In this document: piece after piece, positions 21,613 through 32,074 of the stretch | Numbering within the stretch: position 1 is the first letter of the stretch | How the letters are laid out: the number at the start of each line of letters is the position of its first letter | IMG/VR virus record: IMGVR_UViG_3300045131_002907 | Location: 1-64,000 of that record | Source: a virus | DNA: 64,000 nt | Direction: 5' to 3' (one strand) | Translations under genes and position numbers: made by a program | The notes under the pieces: generated by a model | Databases searched by the model: none | What the model was told of the DNA's origin: nothing | Seen by the model: only the letters and a program-made list of their open reading frames with translations

Positions 21613-21983
21613 TGGTTCACGCCTGCGGGGCCGGCTTCGTAGATTTCAAGTCATGGCGGGGTACACACAAGGAATGGCTGGGCCTGCGATTCAGGCTCCA
21701 GGCATTTGAGCGCACGCTCACCAACAAGATAAGTGAGATCGACACCCTGCGGCAAATCGCGGTGATGTCGATACATACGGATACGAGTCCCGATACCCTC
21801 CAGGAATACGCGATAAAAGGGGTCGAGGGGTTCAGGGGAACCCTGATGCCTTGGTATCGTCTGGGATCTCAACAGAATGCGCATGAACCAATCGACGACA
21901 TCGTGGATTGGTACCTCACGTTCCGACCCGACCTCATTGAGAAAGCCCTGAAAGATGGAAACCACCGGTCCACTCAGTCCTGA
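21588..21983 (+). CDS. Putative tail chaperone T-like ORF (-1 frame, or own ATG at 21612)
   Basis: In the -1 frame relative to the upstream ORF and immediately before the tape measure. Confidence 0.55.
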   Translation: MESRFRYLMVHACGAGFVDFKSWRGTHKEWLGLRFRLQAFERTLTNKISEIDTLRQIAVMSIHTDTSPDTLQEYAIKGVEGFRGTLMPWYRLGSQQNAHEPIDDIVDWYLTFRPDLIEKALKDGNHRSTQS

Positions 21984-24417
21984 GATGCTACAGGTGCTCA
22001 TGCGTTCCATGCAGAGCCAGGTGAACCCGAGCTTCATGCAGAATCCGGGGTCTGCATCGGGGGCCTATCAACCAAGATTCACGGCCCCCGACATCTCGAC
22101 GTCACAAGGCTTCAGTTTAGCCCAGACGTTTGGTCGTTTCGGTGAAGGCCCCGGTATGGCGGGCATGGCTGCGGACATGCTACTCCCCATGTTCTTCAAG
22201 TCTCAGGGGGGAGATGGCCTCGATTGGCAAAACTTTGTAAATCGTATGAGCCTAGCACGGGGTGTCGCTAACCCAATACGTGAAGTCCAAGCCAGGGAGT
22301 ACGCTAGGGTCAGGGCCAGTCTGGGTAATCAGGACTTGGGCAGGGCTGCGGTCAGTGCGCTAGGGATAGATCCTCAAGGCATGTTTGCCAGCACACTGAT
22401 GTCCAGTGCACCCGTGCTAGATCAACTCACAGATGGGCTGGTCTCTGACGCCGCACGCCTTATTGACCCCAATTTAATGACTACGCGTGGCAGTGACGCC
22501 CTGATGAATGCACAACGCAGTCGAAATACGATGTATCGGCTTGATAGCGCAATGGTAGGTCATCTCAAAAATACTCTACAGGAGAGGTCCAGACTTAATA
22601 CCCGTGGTGAACACTACGGAAACGTGGGTGGCGATCCCAACGATTTCAAGCTCCGGGATAACGTGTTGACGTCTGGAATGAATCTTGACGATTTCTCTGC
22701 GGTCATGGCCGCCGCCGTGGACCTCAACGCGCTGGACTACTCGGGTAGTCTAGGCGGGGACAAGCTCGATGAAAAAGCAAAGGCAGCTTTAGAAGAACGC
22801 GTAGGTAAGGGCAAATATACATCGGAGCAACTGGCTGCGGAGAAGAAGGCTATACGCCTCGCCGGTGCCACCGTGCAAGGAGGCTCCAATTTGTCACGTG
22901 TGGTTGCCACTCTGGGGTCCACACTTGGTGAGGGCATGGCAGTAGGTGAACGTGCAAATCTCGCTGCGCAACTTGGAATGGTCCCTGGCAGTAGCGCGGA
23001 AGCCTCCAACTTTCAAGACATCTTACGAAACCTGAAGGCGCTCGGAGACGCCGCAGGAATGACATCAAAACAGATGTTAGATGCAGGTACCGCAATCACT
23101 CGTCAGTACGGTGGAAACCTGCTGTTTAACACTGCTGCAGCATCGATGGCACAAACTACTATACGCCTAACCGGCCAGTCGTTAAATGATTCAGGGATAC
23201 GTGGAGGGGCGTCTGCGCTGGAAGAAGCTGGAAGTCGGCTGGCCACAGAGACCGTGCAGTCAGGGAGTTCTGATCTCACGCGTGCAATGGTGTATGGGTA
23301 TGCGTCACCAGAGCATCGCAAAGTGATCAAGGCAGCACTTCAGGACCCCCAAAACGGGGGTAGGATGATCATGGACTATCTGCGGACCCCTGAGGGGATG
23401 GGGCTCATAGCTGGTTCCCGCAATTTAACAGGCTCAATGGTAAATGATGGCATAAACACACTCAGAGCTATGGGGCATGATGTCAATTCGACTGCGTCCG
23501 ACGCTATATCAGCAGGCTACGTTGAAAATCTCAAGCGTTCCAGTCATGTCACACACGAAGGCAAGAAAATTGATCTGGTGGGTCTCTATACCAAGTTCGT
23601 TGGTATGGATCTCCCGACTTCGGAGGCACTGTGGTCTCTTGGAACCAATGCTGTGCAAACCGACGAGGCGGAGGAGAAGTTTAATAAACTCGCGAAGCAG
23701 ACCGGGCTGAATCTCACGCGCCCCCAATTATTGGCGGCTATGGTAAGTGGCGAGCAACAGTTAAGTAGCGCGGTATTCCGTTACAACGCCGCGAGAGGTA
23801 AAAGGGATCGCAAGCCGGAGCAAGAAGAAGCTGTTATCAAACAGCAGATAGCTGAGTTGGTGACTGGTACGCTGAACCAAGCCGGAGTGGGTGGGGTACT
23901 CGACCAGGTGAGAGGTGGTAAATTTGATCCCATGAAAGGGGAAAACTGGAAGGCGCTTTTGGACAAATCAAACCTCGCGCTACCCGCTGACCGTGCAAAT
24001 TTCTTAACCACGTTAGAGGGTGCTGACAGGAATCGGCTAGATCAATCGAAATCCATACTTGTCGATTTTGTAGCTGCCAGAGATGCCATGTCAGCTGCAA
24101 ATGGCAACCCTGATAAGATAACATCGCTGGCACCTGCACTCGAGAAAGCCGCCGCAAGAGTGAGGAGTGAGCTCGGATTCGAGCCTATAACTGGTTTGAG
24201 TGGACTTGGGAAACCAGGCGGCGGGGCGCAGCCTGTTTCCGGGAATGAGAAGAAGGAGAAGAAGGAGAATTATGAGATAGCGATAACTGTGCACGTTGAA
24301 GCCTCAAAACTTATAGATACATATTTGACAGCGAGTGAAACCCCCTCCGCTAATAGGGCTGATTTTACAAGTGGGTTGAATAGTGCGCGTCTTACACTAA
24401 GGCCGGGGGAGAGGTGA
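21955..24417 (+). CDS. Tape measure protein (probable)
   Basis: 820 aa, Ala/Gly/Leu/Met-rich and helical-looking, following the chaperone pair. Confidence 0.65.
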   Translation: METTGPLSPEMLQVLMRSMQSQVNPSFMQNPGSASGAYQPRFTAPDISTSQGFSLAQTFGRFGEGPGMAGMAADMLLPMFFKSQGGDGLDWQNFVNRMSLARGVANPIREVQAREYARVRASLGNQDLGRAAVSALGIDPQGMFASTLMSSAPVLDQLTDGLVSDAARLIDPNLMTTRGSDALMNAQRSRNTMYRLDSAMVGHLKNTLQERSRLNTRGEHYGNVGGDPNDFKLRDNVLTSGMNLDDFSAVMAAAVDLNALDYSGSLGGDKLDEKAKAALEERVGKGKYTSEQLAAEKKAIRLAGATVQGGSNLSRVVATLGSTLGEGMAVGERANLAAQLGMVPGSSAEASNFQDILRNLKALGDAAGMTSKQMLDAGTAITRQYGGNLLFNTAAASMAQTTIRLTGQSLNDSGIRGGASALEEAGSRLATETVQSGSSDLTRAMVYGYASPEHRKVIKAALQDPQNGGRMIMDYLRTPEGMGLIAGSRNLTGSMVNDGINTLRAMGHDVNSTASDAISAGYVENLKRSSHVTHEGKKIDLVGLYTKFVGMDLPTSEALWSLGTNAVQTDEAEEKFNKLAKQTGLNLTRPQLLAAMVSGEQQLSSAVFRYNAARGKRDRKPEQEEAVIKQQIAELVTGTLNQAGVGGVLDQVRGGKFDPMKGENWKALLDKSNLALPADRANFLTTLEGADRNRLDQSKSILVDFVAARDAMSAANGNPDKITSLAPALEKAAARVRSELGFEPITGLSGLGKPGGGAQPVSGNEKKEKKENYEIAITVHVEASKLIDTYLTASETPSANRADFTSGLNSARLTLRPGER

Positions 24418-24908
24418 TACTAATGGCAAAGGGAACCGCAATCTTTTCTTCTATGCCTGGGCGAATCATCGCCATCGATGCAGACGCCGAGGCACAGACC
24501 TTCAATCTCAGGATTGAAGGTGATGCCACGTCAGGTGGCAATTTCGAGAACTCTGGCTTCGTGACCACTGTTGAGCTCAGGGAGAAAGTGCTGGCGCAAT
24601 TCCAGACTACGCTGGACAAATCATTGTTCGCTATCCCATTTGGGGATGATGTCGGAATGATGAGTGTAGGGCTAGTCCATGGTAAGGTCTGCGGTATCAA
24701 CGGTGCAGAGAGCAGGGATACCGTGAAGTCCATTCAGGCCTGGTATGGCGCCAACAAGTTTCAAAACAGAAGGCTGAACCCGCTCATCCTCGCCATTGGA
24801 GAGAACATCTACGCGGGGTACCTCCTTGAGTTCGCCATGAACGCGCAGGGACACGATGGTACCGTGGTGCGAAGTCAGCTCCAATTCGCAGCATGGAGTA
24901 AGACATGA
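24414..24908 (+). CDS. Tail/baseplate protein (tube-initiator-like, tentative)
   Basis: Coupled to the tape measure. FAIPFGDDVG and IYAGYL motifs. Confidence 0.45.
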   Translation: MILMAKGTAIFSSMPGRIIAIDADAEAQTFNLRIEGDATSGGNFENSGFVTTVELREKVLAQFQTTLDKSLFAIPFGDDVGMMSVGLVHGKVCGINGAESRDTVKSIQAWYGANKFQNRRLNPLILAIGENIYAGYLLEFAMNAQGHDGTVVRSQLQFAAWSKT

Positions 24909-25621
24909 TAAATGACTTCCTGGCCAGGCTTGATAACATCGCGGGTTCCCCAGGGGACATCGTGTGGCCAAAGTTTACTCCACGCGTCCTAGGTGATGTG
25001 GAGGGCGCGGTAAGAAACGTAATTATAGGCTCCAACATTGGCAGGCGTGAGCACTTCCTGCGATGCGTTCAGCTCACTTACGGGCTCATGAACTCCCCAC
25101 TGTCTGAAGTCATCGTGGCAAGAGATCCACGGGTAACCTATACAGTGGATACCCTGCGTGCGCTATTTGAGGTCAGTGCAGGAATTGTCACCTCACGTGG
25201 CGTCGCCCCTGTACCCACTCTAGTTTTCGGAACATCTATACGTACCCCTGATATTGGCTCCTGGTTCATTGAGACCATTGCGGTGGGTACGGGTACCGCG
25301 GAGATCAGGATAACTGATGATCGTGGGCGGCAGTCGACCTCTGCATTCACGTACACCGACCGATCGCCGGTGATAGACCTCCCAGATCAGGGCGGGGTGA
25401 TCACCTTCTATGGTACTCAATTTCACCTCCACGACTCGTGGACCCTGACTCGCCAAGTCATCACGACCCCATGGCTCTACCAGGCAGTGTCGCGCCTTCA
25501 GACCGTCGAGACTTCATTGTTGGCGCTGATGTCACCTCGCATTGGCAAAATCTACCGGGCGGCTCCGCTAAGCCTCGACAAGTTGGCGGCAGCAGTGGCA
25601 ACTCTAGGAGGTGCTGAGTGA
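24905..25621 (+). CDS. Hypothetical virion protein
   Basis: ATGA/GTGA overlaps with both neighbours inside the tail operon. Confidence 0.6.
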   Translation: MINDFLARLDNIAGSPGDIVWPKFTPRVLGDVEGAVRNVIIGSNIGRREHFLRCVQLTYGLMNSPLSEVIVARDPRVTYTVDTLRALFEVSAGIVTSRGVAPVPTLVFGTSIRTPDIGSWFIETIAVGTGTAEIRITDDRGRQSTSAFTYTDRSPVIDLPDQGGVITFYGTQFHLHDSWTLTRQVITTPWLYQAVSRLQTVETSLLALMSPRIGKIYRAAPLSLDKLAAAVATLGGAE

Positions 25622-27453
25622 CCGACCTTACCCAGTACATGCGCCAGGGAAATCTCCCAACTGTACCCACCCCGTTTTCGGCGTGGGTGACCATCAACGG
25701 GGAATCCTATGCTGCCGTGAAAATCGTTGTGAGGTACTCTCGCATCGAAACCAGGGCAGTCGTTGATCTCGCAGTAGGAACCAACGCCAGGAAACCAGGG
25801 AGAACTAAGGGGATCAAGGCCATCCCGGCTAATTTTGTATTTGTTAAGGGAGTCCCAGCCAAAGTTGTCATCAGAATTGATTCTGATGTACACTCACTTC
25901 ATGGTCCACGCGGCGCACCAGACAAACTATTAAAAGCAGGTGACCACGATTTAATAACAGGTATAATCGACGATGGGGGCCCCAGTGATCTTGCCAACGG
26001 AAAGTTTAACTTACGCGTCGTGATCGTGTCACGACTGCTGTACCTGGCCACGGGTGCACTGCATTTCTCGAATACAACATCGGCGTATCTGCGAGACGAT
26101 GAGCTCGTGGAGACAACCAATAATAAATACGCTGGATCAATAAATCTCAACATATTTCAACGAGATTTCTGGGAGGGGATCGCAGAAGCGTTTTCGTATA
26201 TCCTCAAGCACCAAGCCAAAGACACATTCGGGATACAGAATAAGTATGTTGAGTTTCTAGCAGATGTGTCTGATGGTGGTAGCAAAGAGGGTGCAGAGGC
26301 CGTGCAGAGTTATCGGGCGAAGCCTGGAACAGTGGCAGCACAGAATGCTTTAGATTTGATTCAGGGAAAATTACAAGGTGGGATCTTTAGCTCAGACATG
26401 GCTCAAGTCATATGGGGTTACTTGAGTGTCGAGTTTCATAAAGACCTTGTTCGGCAGAGTATGTTAGCAAAAGTGCAGGCACTGGCAGATGACTTCTTTT
26501 TCGCCATAGTCGAACATGGCAACGGGATTGGCGTGGTGCCCTACACCCCATTTGCACCCACTGATATGCACAAGTCACTGTGGCCATCCACTGTGATAAG
26601 GGCAAGTTGGATTACGCAGAGTACATCGGTTGTCGCCGGATTAGTGTTTATTGATAACCCTAATGGGCCCCACGGTATAGCTGGGTCAGATAGCAAGTCA
26701 GTTACTATCCTTGGTGGGTTTAAGCGAAAAGGTGTCATCCAGGCAAAGAACACTATTGATCCGAACGGTAACTCAGTGGGGCTATTCACCACCCTTCCAG
26801 CTCCGGCATGGCTCAAGAGCCCTAAGATTGGAAACGTCACTAATGCAGATTTCCGGTACTATGGGGATCCCTACGCCAGGGAGATCGCACTGCGGCAGAC
26901 CTACATGGGGAGACTTCTCGCCGTGGACTGCCCACTGCGTATGGACATCGGGCTATGCACCCCAGTCAAACTGGTCTACCCAACTATTGCGGGGACCCCG
27001 ATCGACGAGGCCACATCGATGTACGGAGCCGTCGAAGGCATTACGCTGATCCTTGATGCAGCTGCAAAACAAGCTGGAACCCAGTTGGAGATCATGTATG
27101 TTAGGTCAAAGCAGCACCAAGACGCCGATGTCGAAGCAACCCGATTTACTAGATCTCCTGATGGAAAAAAGGGCGTCGCCTTTCAGCATCCGCTATGGGC
27201 CGAAGCCTACCGAGGACGACGACTCGACGAGCACCCCGTCGCAGGGGGAACCAGCACTCCAACAACCACAATCGCATCAACTCCAACCAAGCCGAAACAC
27301 AGTTCAAACTTCGACAGCGCGAAATACAGTTCAGACTTCATCAGCGTCGGCACAGCCCCCAAGGGCTCCGCAAAGGGGACAGGAGAAGCCACAGTCGTCA
27401 CCACAGAACGTGTGGAGTTCGTCCCGGACAACACCCCAGAAAACCTGGCATGA
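25618..27453 (+). CDS. Putative baseplate hub (gp27/gpD-like) protein
   Basis: 611 aa. The RLLAVDCPLRMDIGLCTPVKL...MYGAVEGIT pattern resembles hub C-termini; synteny supports it. Confidence 0.5.
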   Translation: MTDLTQYMRQGNLPTVPTPFSAWVTINGESYAAVKIVVRYSRIETRAVVDLAVGTNARKPGRTKGIKAIPANFVFVKGVPAKVVIRIDSDVHSLHGPRGAPDKLLKAGDHDLITGIIDDGGPSDLANGKFNLRVVIVSRLLYLATGALHFSNTTSAYLRDDELVETTNNKYAGSINLNIFQRDFWEGIAEAFSYILKHQAKDTFGIQNKYVEFLADVSDGGSKEGAEAVQSYRAKPGTVAAQNALDLIQGKLQGGIFSSDMAQVIWGYLSVEFHKDLVRQSMLAKVQALADDFFFAIVEHGNGIGVVPYTPFAPTDMHKSLWPSTVIRASWITQSTSVVAGLVFIDNPNGPHGIAGSDSKSVTILGGFKRKGVIQAKNTIDPNGNSVGLFTTLPAPAWLKSPKIGNVTNADFRYYGDPYAREIALRQTYMGRLLAVDCPLRMDIGLCTPVKLVYPTIAGTPIDEATSMYGAVEGITLILDAAAKQAGTQLEIMYVRSKQHQDADVEATRFTRSPDGKKGVAFQHPLWAEAYRGRRLDEHPVAGGTSTPTTTIASTPTKPKHSSNFDSAKYSSDFISVGTAPKGSAKGTGEATVVTTERVEFVPDNTPENLA

Positions 27454-28147
27454 CAGCTTCACGGCTTATCAGGGTGACCCCAGGCCGGAGAATCTCAGAG
27501 CAGTGGTCAATACCCTGCAGCCCACGATTCAGAAGGCGCTGACGAGCTTTGCCCCCGTACAGACCCCTGTGGTCGCCCATAGGGCCAGGCTCATCGCTGC
27601 AGAGGCCGTGAAGTCCTTTAACCCCAATGTGGGCGTCGATCTCAAGACCCACGTGTTCCGGCAGCTCCAGAGGCTCCAGCACGAGGGTCCCAAGATCACG
27701 GACCCCTTACCGATGCCGGAGCGCATGCGGAAGGACAGCCGGGCTCTCATCGATGCGATCTCCCGAGCCGGCGATGTCGTCGGCACCGAGGTCAGCGATG
27801 AACGCCTCGCCGAGATCACGGGGATCCCGGTGAAGCGAATCACCAAGGTTCGTGGTCTCATGCGCAAGGGGATCTCGTCTTCTGCATACGAAGATGGTCT
27901 CGGTGATGATGACGATGATACCCCAGAGATCGCGACATCATCCACGGATCCCTACGATGAATGGGTTGATGCGACTTACCACGACCTCGATGAAATCGAT
28001 AAGGTGATTCTAGCGTATCGTACCGGTTACCGTGGGGCCCCCAAGCTCTCCAATGGAGCCATTGCGAAACGCCTCAAGCTCACCCCTGGTGCGGTGTCTC
28101 AACGCGCCACCAGGATCCAGGAAAGGTTGGATGCTTTCCATGGCTGA
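27128..28147 (+). CDS. Phage-encoded sigma-70 family factor with N-terminal low-complexity extension
   Basis: Region 2 (AAEAVKSFNPNVGVDLKTHVFRQLQR), region 3 (EVSDERLAEITGIPVKRI) and region 4 HTH (LDEIDKVILAYRTG...SNGAIAKRLKLTPGAVSQR). Start uncertain: 27053, 27128 or 27161. Confidence 0.8.
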   Translation: MSKQPDLLDLLMEKRASPFSIRYGPKPTEDDDSTSTPSQGEPALQQPQSHQLQPSRNTVQTSTARNTVQTSSASAQPPRAPQRGQEKPQSSPQNVWSSSRTTPQKTWHDSFTAYQGDPRPENLRAVVNTLQPTIQKALTSFAPVQTPVVAHRARLIAAEAVKSFNPNVGVDLKTHVFRQLQRLQHEGPKITDPLPMPERMRKDSRALIDAISRAGDVVGTEVSDERLAEITGIPVKRITKVRGLMRKGISSSAYEDGLGDDDDDTPEIATSSTDPYDEWVDATYHDLDEIDKVILAYRTGYRGAPKLSNGAIAKRLKLTPGAVSQRATRIQERLDAFHG

Positions 28148-28562
28148 ACCCAAGATTCGTGGTATCCATAAGGACTTCGAGGCCTGGATGTCCCAGCGGC
28201 GGGAGTTCCTGGAGGCCACACGTCAAGGCCTCAACAACGGGGATTTTGCATCCCCACTTGAGCTGGATCCCAGCAAGGACCCCGATCCCGCTGGTATCCA
28301 AGCCGAGATCTGGGAGATCTATACGGTGCTTGGACAAGGCACCAAAATTGACTACCCCTTGGGGGCATACCCCCAGCTCTATCTCCTCGAGGCCGCGAAG
28401 AGAACTGCAGCAGTGGTCAGGGTGTCCAGGGCCGATGCCCTTGCGAGACTCCTGGGTGAGCTCGAAGATGGTACCCGTAGGGATCTCCAACTCGAAACTC
28501 TCGTACTCAACAACGATGTCCCCGAGGGCATCCCACCGAAGACTGAAGAAGCCACGGTATGA
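28140..28562 (+). CDS. Hypothetical protein
   Basis: ATG overlaps the end of the sigma gene; ATGA coupling to the next gene. Confidence 0.6.
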   Translation: MAEPKIRGIHKDFEAWMSQRREFLEATRQGLNNGDFASPLELDPSKDPDPAGIQAEIWEIYTVLGQGTKIDYPLGAYPQLYLLEAAKRTAAVVRVSRADALARLLGELEDGTRRDLQLETLVLNNDVPEGIPPKTEEATV

Positions 28563-28966
28563 CCACGGATCTCGCCATTTTCAGAGAACAGGGTGCGGCT
28601 ACCCAGGTGGCCTGGGCATCCCCGGGGCGCGTTCTCGAAAACTCGCCTAAGCTGATTACCCGCTTTGCTTCCATCTTCTTCTCCGACTTCAATGCCACCC
28701 GAGATCGCGGCACCGACTTCCCGCGGCTGTATCGCACTGGCCGCTTGCTCACCACGGCTAAACTACGTCAGCAATTCGCGCTGGCGGCATCTGAGGTCAT
28801 CAGGCAGCTCGGGGATCAATCCGGGTACCCAGATCATGAACAGATCGTCCGTGCAGTTCTCGAGTCAGCCACTGTCAACCCAGATTATACGACGAAGCTG
28901 GTTGTCAGACTTGTGACGCAAAACGGTGATGTCGTCATCACGTTCCCCCTTGAGAGAGTCCCATGA
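28559..28966 (+). CDS. Baseplate wedge gp25-like protein
   Basis: 135 aa, KLITRF...RGTDF, located just before the J-like gene. Confidence 0.6.
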   Translation: MTTDLAIFREQGAATQVAWASPGRVLENSPKLITRFASIFFSDFNATRDRGTDFPRLYRTGRLLTTAKLRQQFALAASEVIRQLGDQSGYPDHEQIVRAVLESATVNPDYTTKLVVRLVTQNGDVVITFPLERVP

Positions 28967-30564
28967 CAGTCCTAACCGCACCGATCTCTGCTGAAACCTT
29001 TCAGGCCGCCAAGGAGTTCGTGAAAGCAGTGCTCATCGAACGCGATCCCACCTTGGATCTCGCCGATGGTTCCGCGATCTCTGGTCTCGTCGTCGAAAAT
29101 GAAGCCCAGATGGCAGCGGTTCACGACGCCAACTTTGATGCCCTGAACAAGTCGTTTTCATTGCAGGCCATCGCTGACAACTTGGTAGATGTTGATGACG
29201 CCAAAGTGGATTCCCTGATCTCAAACTATTACATCACCCGACGCCAGGCCTCCCCGGCATCGGGTCCAGTGCGCATCGTTGTCAACCTCAACACAACTTA
29301 CGTGATCCCCTCGGGCTACCTCTTCGGTGCCAACGGGGTCACCTATCAGACCTCTGACTTCATTCGCGTCCTCCGCGCCGGCAGTGGGGTCGCCGAGACT
29401 TCAACACAAAAGATTCTGATCCCACGTGCCGATGGCAAATACGAGTTCACGGTTCCCGTGATCGCGACGACATCTGGTAGCGCTGGGCTCATCAGTGCGG
29501 GTACCGCGCTGACCATCACGGCCCCTATCGATGGCATGGAAACCGCCATGGCAGCCACGGACTTCACGGGTGGCCAGGATACAGAGACCACCGCTGAACT
29601 CTTGGCCAGGGCACAGGATGGTGTCACCGCGAAGACCTTCGGGGGTCCAGATCACATCCAGGCCGCCTTGAATGCCCAGTTCGCTGGGATCAAAACCGCA
29701 GTCATCGGCATCGGTAGTGGTCTGATGACCCGGGATCGTGGAAATGTCTTTGGGACCTCGCAGGGCTCCAAGGAAGACATCTGGTGCAAGACCTCAGCGT
29801 TTCCAGTGCAGAAGACTTTGAGAGTCATGGCTACTGCGGGGTCCACGGGGCGCCAACGCGCATTCACGATCTCGAACCCGGACTCCGCAGGGATCTATCG
29901 CGTCCAGTTCATCCGCCCAATCAAGACACCCGGGGCTCAAGGTGACGTCCCCGACAGCGTGGTCCACATGAAGCGTCAGGATCTCATCTTTACCCCGACA
30001 ACACTGAAGACCTCAGATCTCAATTACAGTGGCATCGTTGATCTCCGCGTTGTCTTCACGGACACCACGCTGACCACGGATGTCCCCGCGGGATCCTCAG
30101 CAGAGTACGACGTCGATGTCCTCTACATGCCATCGATCGATGCCGTCGGGAATTACTCTTACGCCCTCGGGGTTCGCCCCTCTGGAACCGATATCTATGT
30201 TCGCGCCGGGGTACCCTGCATGGTCGGGGTGTCTCTTGAGATCCAGATTCCACCTGGTGGGGTCTCACCGGTTATCGCAGAAGTCCAGACCGCGGTATCC
30301 AATGCAATCAATGCGTTGAACTTCGGGGTTGCCCGTCTTAGCCCCTACACGATTTACACCGCGGTATCCCCCTTGATCGCATCTGGGGAGGTCGCCGACG
30401 TTGTCCTCAACGCTACCATCTTGGCACCTGATCTCACCAACGTGATCCTCGCCAATTCATCGTTCCTCACGATCCCCACGGATTACGCCAAGGGATTCTC
30501 TCCTCTAAACACCTTCTTTACGTGCCCGCCGGCGAACGTGGGGGTAACCATTGTTTCCCGATAG
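28963..30564 (+). CDS. Baseplate J-like wedge protein
   Basis: NYYITRRQASPASG, VIATTSGSAG and FTGGQDTETTAELLAR motifs typical of baseplate J. Confidence 0.8.
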   Translation: MTVLTAPISAETFQAAKEFVKAVLIERDPTLDLADGSAISGLVVENEAQMAAVHDANFDALNKSFSLQAIADNLVDVDDAKVDSLISNYYITRRQASPASGPVRIVVNLNTTYVIPSGYLFGANGVTYQTSDFIRVLRAGSGVAETSTQKILIPRADGKYEFTVPVIATTSGSAGLISAGTALTITAPIDGMETAMAATDFTGGQDTETTAELLARAQDGVTAKTFGGPDHIQAALNAQFAGIKTAVIGIGSGLMTRDRGNVFGTSQGSKEDIWCKTSAFPVQKTLRVMATAGSTGRQRAFTISNPDSAGIYRVQFIRPIKTPGAQGDVPDSVVHMKRQDLIFTPTTLKTSDLNYSGIVDLRVVFTDTTLTTDVPAGSSAEYDVDVLYMPSIDAVGNYSYALGVRPSGTDIYVRAGVPCMVGVSLEIQIPPGGVSPVIAEVQTAVSNAINALNFGVARLSPYTIYTAVSPLIASGEVADVVLNATILAPDLTNVILANSSFLTIPTDYAKGFSPLNTFFTCPPANVGVTIVSR

Positions 30565-30583
30565 TCCCAGCCTTCGCGCCACG

Positions 30584-32074
30584 ATGACCACGGACTCCAA
30601 GGCGTTGTTCTACGCCTTGGGAGAGTTCTGGCAGCGGCAACTCAGTGACGCCGACCTCCTCGCCTTGGAAACCTTCGCGGAACTCATGGTCGAAGAGGAC
30701 GTCAATCTGAGGAACATGGATCTCACCGCAGCGATCTCAATTCATACCATTCAGCCCTATCTGACCCGGCAATGGGGACTCCTCGAACTCTTGGAGTCCG
30801 GGCTCAACGTGGAGCCCAACATCATCGTGTTTGGAGCCGAGGGTCGCAGGTTTGGTGGCAGCTTTGTCTATGGGCAAACCGAAGCCGCGAGCTTTGCCTG
30901 GCCGGCGCCATCTCAGCTCAGAAGTATCGGGATTATCACTGATAGAATCGTGACTCCAACCTATATCTGGGATATCACAAACTTTGCATTCGACGTTGCC
31001 TCCGGTGTCCTCCGTTTTAGGGAGAATCCTTTCAATGTCGTGGACTCTGAAGCCCTGTATAACCCCGATGGTTCTCATAAGACTTACACAGATGCCAAGG
31101 GGGTGATTCGGCAGGACCATCGTCTGAAGCTCTGGATGCGTAACATCGAGATCGATGAACGCACCCCATATCTACGCTTTGGTTCCGTGGTCGGCATCGG
31201 TGGAGAATCCTCGCAGGCCTACATTGACACCGTGGAGGCCACGTGGTCAATGCTTCTCCAGGGTCCAAGTGTTGAAGCCCTGGAACGCGGGCTTCTCGCC
31301 TCAGCGGGTCTCAAGTATGTCGAGGGCACAGAGGTCGTCGAAGTCGTCGAACTCGACATCGATGGTCTCGTCGTCGTCACGGATAAGACCGTGTACCGTG
31401 GCCACGCCAAGGCGACCCCTTTGGTCAGCGTTGGTGACACCCTGAAGCCAGGTGACTTCGTATTCGATACCGTGGTGGTCACCGATTTCAGCGATGGTAA
31501 CCCCGACAATATCTCAAATATCAATGGTCTCGTCTTGAGTCCTGAACTCACTGATATCACGGGAACCGTGGTGATCCCAAACCGTATGGGATCCTGGAGC
31601 GTGCTCGGCATCCGTGATGGGGAACCCGAGGTTCGCTTCGAGGTCCTGGGGAGCGATCGGGATGTCTCCGAGTTCTGGGATCGTGTTCACGCCCGAGGGG
31701 TCTCCACTGGGAAACCATTGGCAGATTTCGTGAATGCCAGTACCCCTGTGAATCCCCTGGCGTTCATACTCGATAACATCCTGGGCAGCAGCTTGGTTTT
31801 CATTGAGGTGAAACCACAGGACTTCCTGAGCCGTGAAACCGGGTTCCTGGGTAGAATAAAATCATTACTGCCCGCTGGGGTCCTGGTCATCACCCAGATT
31901 GCCCTGGACCCCGTTGAGGATAGCCTTTCCATGGCAGAAATCGGGAGTCCTGAACAAGTCTCGGCCCCCGCTGGAGGCACCAATGAAAGCGTTGCTATTA
32001 CCCCCGGAGTGCTCGCGACGGATAGTAATTCAATAACTCTCACCGCCTATGAACCGAAAGTGTGGAACGCATGA
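30584..32074 (+). CDS. Baseplate wedge protein (putative)
   Basis: Follows J. Contains GPSVEALERGL and the C-terminal RIKSLLPAG motif. Confidence 0.55.
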   Translation: MTTDSKALFYALGEFWQRQLSDADLLALETFAELMVEEDVNLRNMDLTAAISIHTIQPYLTRQWGLLELLESGLNVEPNIIVFGAEGRRFGGSFVYGQTEAASFAWPAPSQLRSIGIITDRIVTPTYIWDITNFAFDVASGVLRFRENPFNVVDSEALYNPDGSHKTYTDAKGVIRQDHRLKLWMRNIEIDERTPYLRFGSVVGIGGESSQAYIDTVEATWSMLLQGPSVEALERGLLASAGLKYVEGTEVVEVVELDIDGLVVVTDKTVYRGHAKATPLVSVGDTLKPGDFVFDTVVVTDFSDGNPDNISNINGLVLSPELTDITGTVVIPNRMGSWSVLGIRDGEPEVRFEVLGSDRDVSEFWDRVHARGVSTGKPLADFVNASTPVNPLAFILDNILGSSLVFIEVKPQDFLSRETGFLGRIKSLLPAGVLVITQIALDPVEDSLSMAEIGSPEQVSAPAGGTNESVAITPGVLATDSNSITLTAYEPKVWNA

